A DNA stretch of 64,000 nt from assembly GCA_009914755.4 (NCBI GenBank), contig CP086569.2, forward strand, positions 4,864,001 to 4,928,000. Reading direction: 5' to 3'. A program made the position numbers and the translations under genes. Position 1 is the stretch's first letter, and each line of letters starts with the position of its first letter. Source of the DNA: the human T2T-CHM13v2.0 reference genome, Homo sapiens. Shown here piece after piece: positions 59,863 through 64,000 of this stretch. The notes under the pieces are model-generated. The model did no database searches and was not told the origin of the DNA. It worked only from the letters and a program-made list of their open reading frames with translations.

Positions 59863-62800
59863 CTCAGTGGGGCAGGGCCAAGATGGCCAACTAGAAGCAG
59901 CAGAGATCGGAGGTTGCCATGGAAAAGAACCATAACAGCATGCAAATCCAGAACCGGCAAGTGAGGTATCCAGGTTCTGTCATCAGGACTGACTCGGCAG
60001 CTGGCGTGGTCCATGGAGAGGAAGGAAGAACAGTGTGGTTTGACGGCCCACCCAAGAGCCACATGAGGCAGGGGAGCCCCCAGTCCCAAGCCAAGGGAGG
60101 CAGTGAGTGAATGTGCTACCCAGCCTGGGAAACCGTGCTTTTTCACTGAACTGTGCAACCCATGAACCAGAAGATTCCACTCATGAGCCCATGCCACCAG
60201 GGCCTAAGGCCCCAACCACGGAGCTGCATAGATTCTCAAAAGCCACTCAGCACAAAATGGCTTAAGCCTGCCAGTCTTCCCGTGGGAGCGCAGCCAGCAT
60301 CACAGCTGCTGCTGTCTGCTGTCTAAGTCATTTGAGCTCCTTGTGGGAGGGGTGGCAACCAGCATTGGGACTAATAGCTGCCTAACACTAAGCTCCCAGG
60401 GCAAGGGAAGGGCAGCAGCCATCTCTATAGCTCCAGGTCATGCTTTTTCCCTGCTGGAGCCAGGGAGGCTGGATGGCTTGGTCCCAAGAGGTATCCCCCA
60501 CAGCCCAACACACCAGTTGTGGCAGACTGCGGCCAGAGCACCTCCTCAGACCTGACCCTGACCCATTCTTCCTCATTGGGCAGGGCCTCCCTGCAGGAAC
60601 TCCAACTCTAGCCCCAGGAACTCAGGAACAGAAGTCTGATCTCTCTGGGCCTGAGTTCCTAGCAGGAGGGGTGGCCTCAGTCTCTGTGGACCAGCAGACA
60701 TAGTCTTTCCTCCTGCTAGTTCTGAGAAATCTGGGAAGCCCAGATGAGTAGGATTCCCCCCAATAAAACACACTCCCTCCACCAAGAAACAGTCAAAGTG
60801 CTTTGTTAAACGGGTCCTGCTCCCCATGCCACCCAACTGGGTGAGACCCTCCAGAAGGGGTTGTCAGACACCGTATTCAGGAGGGTACATATTGGCACCA
60901 GGTCAGTGCCCCTTAGGGTCAGAGATCCCAGAGGGAGGAGCATGCACCCATCTTTGCTGTTCTCCAGCCTCCTCGAGTGACATCTCCAGGCACAGGAATG
61001 AACCAGATGAATAGGGCCTGAAGTGAACCCCCAGAAAACCCCAACTTCCCTACAGAAGAGGGACCTAACCATTGAAAGAAAAACAAACAAACAGAAAGCA
61101 ACAACAACAGCATCAACAAAACCCCATCCAAGGGTCAGCAGCCTCAAAGATCAAAACTGGACAAACTCATGAAGATGAGAAAGAATCAATGAAAAAATTC
61201 TGAAAACCCAAAAGGCCAGTGTACCTCTTCTCCAAATGATCCCAACGCCTTTCCAGCAAGGGCACAGAACTGGTTGGAGGATGAGATGGACAAACTGACA
61301 GAAGTATACTTCAGAAGGCACTGAGCTAAAGGAGCATTTTCTATCCCAGTGCAAAGAAGCTAAGAACCTTCATAAAAGGTTACAGGAGCTGCTAACTAGA
61401 ATAACCAGTACAGAGAGAAACATAAATGACCTGATGGAGTTGAAAAACACAGCACAAGAACTTCGTGAAGCATACACAAGTATTGATAGCTGAATCAATG
61501 AAGCAGAAGAAAGGATATCAGAGGTTGAAGATGATCTTGCTGATATAAGATATGCAGAGAAGATTAGAAAATAAATAAAGAAATGGAACAAACAAAACCT
61601 CTGAGAAATACGGGGCAATGTAAAAACACCAAACCTACGATTGATTGGAGTACCTGAAAGAGACGGGGAGAATGAAACCAAGTTAGAAAACACACTTCGG
61701 GTTATTATCCAGGAGAACTTCCCCAACCTAGAAAGGCAGGGCAGCATTCAAATTCAGGAAATACAGAGAACACCACTAAGATACTCCATGAGAAGATCAA
61801 CCCCAGAACACATAATCATTAGATTCTCCAAGGTAGAAATGAAGGAAAAAATGTTAAGGGCAGCCAGAGAGAAAGGCCAAGTCACCTACAAAGGGAAGCC
61901 CATCATACTAACAGCAGATCTCTCAGCAGAAACCCTACAGGCCAGAAGAGAGTGGGGGCCAATATTCAACATTCTTAAAGAAAAGCATTTTCAACCCAGA
62001 ATTTCATATCCAGCCAATCTAAGCTTCATAGGCAAAGGAGAAATAAAATCTGTTCCAGACAAGCAAATACTGAAGGATTTCATCATCACTAGGCCTACCT
62101 TGCAAGAGCTCCTGTAGGAAGCACTAAATATGGAAAGGAAAAATCAGTACCAGCCACTGCAAAAACAAACCAAAATATAAAGACCAATGACACTATAAAG
62201 AAACTGCATCAATTAGTGTGCAAAATAACGAGCTAGCATCATGCTGACAATATCAAATTCACCCATAACAATATTAACCTTAAAGGTAAATGGGCTAAAT
62301 GCCCCAATTAAAAGACACAGACTGGCAAATTGGATAAAGAGTCAAGACCCATCAGTGTGCTGTATTCAGGAGACCCATCCCACATGCAAAGACACACATA
62401 AGCTCAAAATAAAGGGAGGGAGGAAAATTTACCAAGCAAATGGAAAGCAACAACAACAACAAAAAGCAGGGGTTGCCATCCTAGTCTCTAACAAAACAGA
62501 CTTTAAACCACAAAAGATCAAGAAAGACAAAGAAGGGCATTACATAATAGTAAAGGATTCAATGCAACAAGAAGAGCTAACTATCCTAAATATATATGCA
62601 CCCAATACAGGAGCACCCAGATTCATAAAGCAAGTCCTTAGAGAACTACAAAGAGACTTGGACTGACACACAATAATAGTGGAAGACCTTAACACCCCAC
62701 TGTCAATATTAGACAGATCAATGAGACAGAAAATTAACAAGGATATTCAGGACTTGAACTCAGCCCTGGATTGAGTGGACATCTACAGAACTCTCCACCA

Positions 62801-64000
62801 AAAATCAACAGAGTATACAATTCTTCTCAGTGCCACATGGCACTTATTCTAAAATCAACCACATGATTCGAAGTAAAACACTCATCAGCAAATGCAAAAG
62901 AATTGAAATCATAACAGTCTCTCAGACCACCGTGCAATCAAATTAAAACTCAGGATTAAGAAACTCACTCAAAACTGCACAACTACATGAAAACTGAACA
63001 AACTGCTCCTGAATGACTCCTGGGAAAATAATGAAATCAAGGCAGCAATCAAGAAGTTCTTTGAAACCAGTGAGAACAAAGAGACAACATACCAGAATCT
63101 CTTGGACACAGCTAAAGTAGTGTTAAGAGGGTAATTTATAGCACTAAATGCCCACATCAGAAAGTTAGAAAGATCTCAAATCAACACCCTAACATTACAA
63201 TAAAAAGAGGCACAGAAGCAAGAATAAACAAATCCAAAAGCTAGCAGAAGACAAGAAATAATTAAGATCAGAGCAGAACTGAAGGAGATAGAGACACAAC
63301 AATCCCTCCAAAACATCAATGAATCCAGGAGCTAGTTTTTCAAAAAAAAAATTAACAAAATAGACAGACCACTAGCTAGACTAATAAAGAAGAAAAGTAT
63401 CAAATAGACACAATAAAAAATGATAAAGAGGATATCACCCCGACCACAAAGCAATACAAACTACCATCAGAGAATACTATAAATACTTCTATGCAAATAA
63501 ACTAGCAAACCGAGAAGAAATGGATAAATTCCTGGACACATACACCCTCCCAAGAGTAAACCAGGAAGAAGTAGAATCCCTGAATAAACCAATAACAAGT
63601 TCTGAAATTGAGGCAGTAATTAAAAGCTTACCAACCAAAAAAAAAGCCCAGGACCAGATAAATTCAAAACTGAATTCTACCAGAGTTACAAAGAGGAGCT
63701 GGTACCATTCCTTCTGAAACCATTCCAAACAATTGTAAAGGAGGGACTCCTCCCTAACTCATTTTATGAGGCCAACATCATCCTGATACCAAAGCCTGGC
63801 AGAGGCACAACAAAAAAAGAAAACTTCAGGCCACTATCTCTGATGAACATCAATGCAAAGATCCTCAAAAAAATACTGGCAAACCAAACCTAGCAGGACA
63901 TCAAAAAGTCTATCCACCACAATCAAGTCGGCTTCATCCCTGGGATGCAAGGCTGATTCAACATACACAAATCAACAAACATAATCCATCAAATAAATGA
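59863..64000 (+). mobile_element. older primate L1 (old L1PA/L1PB type) 5' portion: 5'UTR 59863 to about 61160, ORF1 (disrupted) about 61160-62117, ORF2 N-terminal EN/RT (disrupted) from 62241; continues beyond the window
   Basis: The 5' end reads ggggcagggccaagatggccaactagaagcagc.. . ORF1 C-terminus: MIGVPERDGENETKLENTLRVIIQENFPNLERQGSIQIQEIQRTPLRYSMRRSTPEHIIIRFSKVEMKEKMLRAAREKGQVTYKGKPIILTADLSAETLQARREWGPIFNILKEK.. . ORF2 start: MLTISNSPITILTLKVNGLNAPIKRHRLANWIKSQDPSVCCIQETHPTCKDTHKLKIKG.. . Confidence 0.8.

Noticed and set aside
61641-62666. ORFs of 158 aa and 141 aa
   Set aside because: They are L1 ORF1p C-terminus and ORF2p N-terminus (endonuclease) of a degraded old L1. Both are interrupted by stops.
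59375-63180. Two copies of the same L1 ORF2 segment (59375-59860 and 62690-63180), considered as a recent segmental duplication
   Set aside because: The copies are only about 75% identical, with different subfamily signatures. They are independent old L1 copies, not a recent duplication.

Overview
The window reads as ordinary primate (human-type) non-coding genomic DNA. It is AT-rich and heavily built from nested transposable elements. I find no intact protein-coding gene, no tRNA or rRNA, no CpG-island-like segment, and nothing resembling a prokaryotic or otherwise novel biological system. The recognisable content is as follows.

- **Alu copies:** 19 in both orientations, most with a poly(A) or poly(T) tail and a target-site duplication (TSD). 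One is a head-to-tail pair.
- **LINE-1 copies of several ages:**
  - L1MA-type relics at 1-1250 and 34.1-38.7 kb.
  - A near full-length older primate L1 at 40.5-48.8 kb, and a second one starting at 59.9 kb and running off the window.
  - A 5'-truncated mid-age L1PA at 53.0-55.2 kb.
  - A young L1PA2/L1HS-like element with a 5' inversion (twin priming) at 12.1-13.5 kb.
  - Two short L1 3' ends lying tail-to-tail at 6.6-7.3 kb.
- **MaLR and other LTR elements:**
  - A full-length THE1 element with both LTRs at 1.9-4.3 kb.
  - A THE1/MST LTR split by a VDAC1 processed pseudogene at 21.7-23.9 kb.
  - An MLT1 solo LTR.
  - A short LTR12 (ERV9) solo LTR inserted into a MIR.
- **DNA transposons:**
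  - A Tigger1 DNA transposon at 52.8-58.0 kb that carries a nested L1 and a nested Alu.
  - Two miniature inverted-repeat elements (MITEs).
- **Other repeats:**
  - An AT-rich minisatellite at 21.0 kb.
  - MIR and L2 relics.

Every ORF in the supplied track above roughly 120 aa, and every smaller one I examined, is explained by L1 ORF1/ORF2, Alu read-through or the VDAC1 pseudogene (sense or antisense). The useful content is the datable history of nested insertions. Coordinates are approximate to about 5 bp. Family assignments are from memory of consensus sequences, not from a database search.
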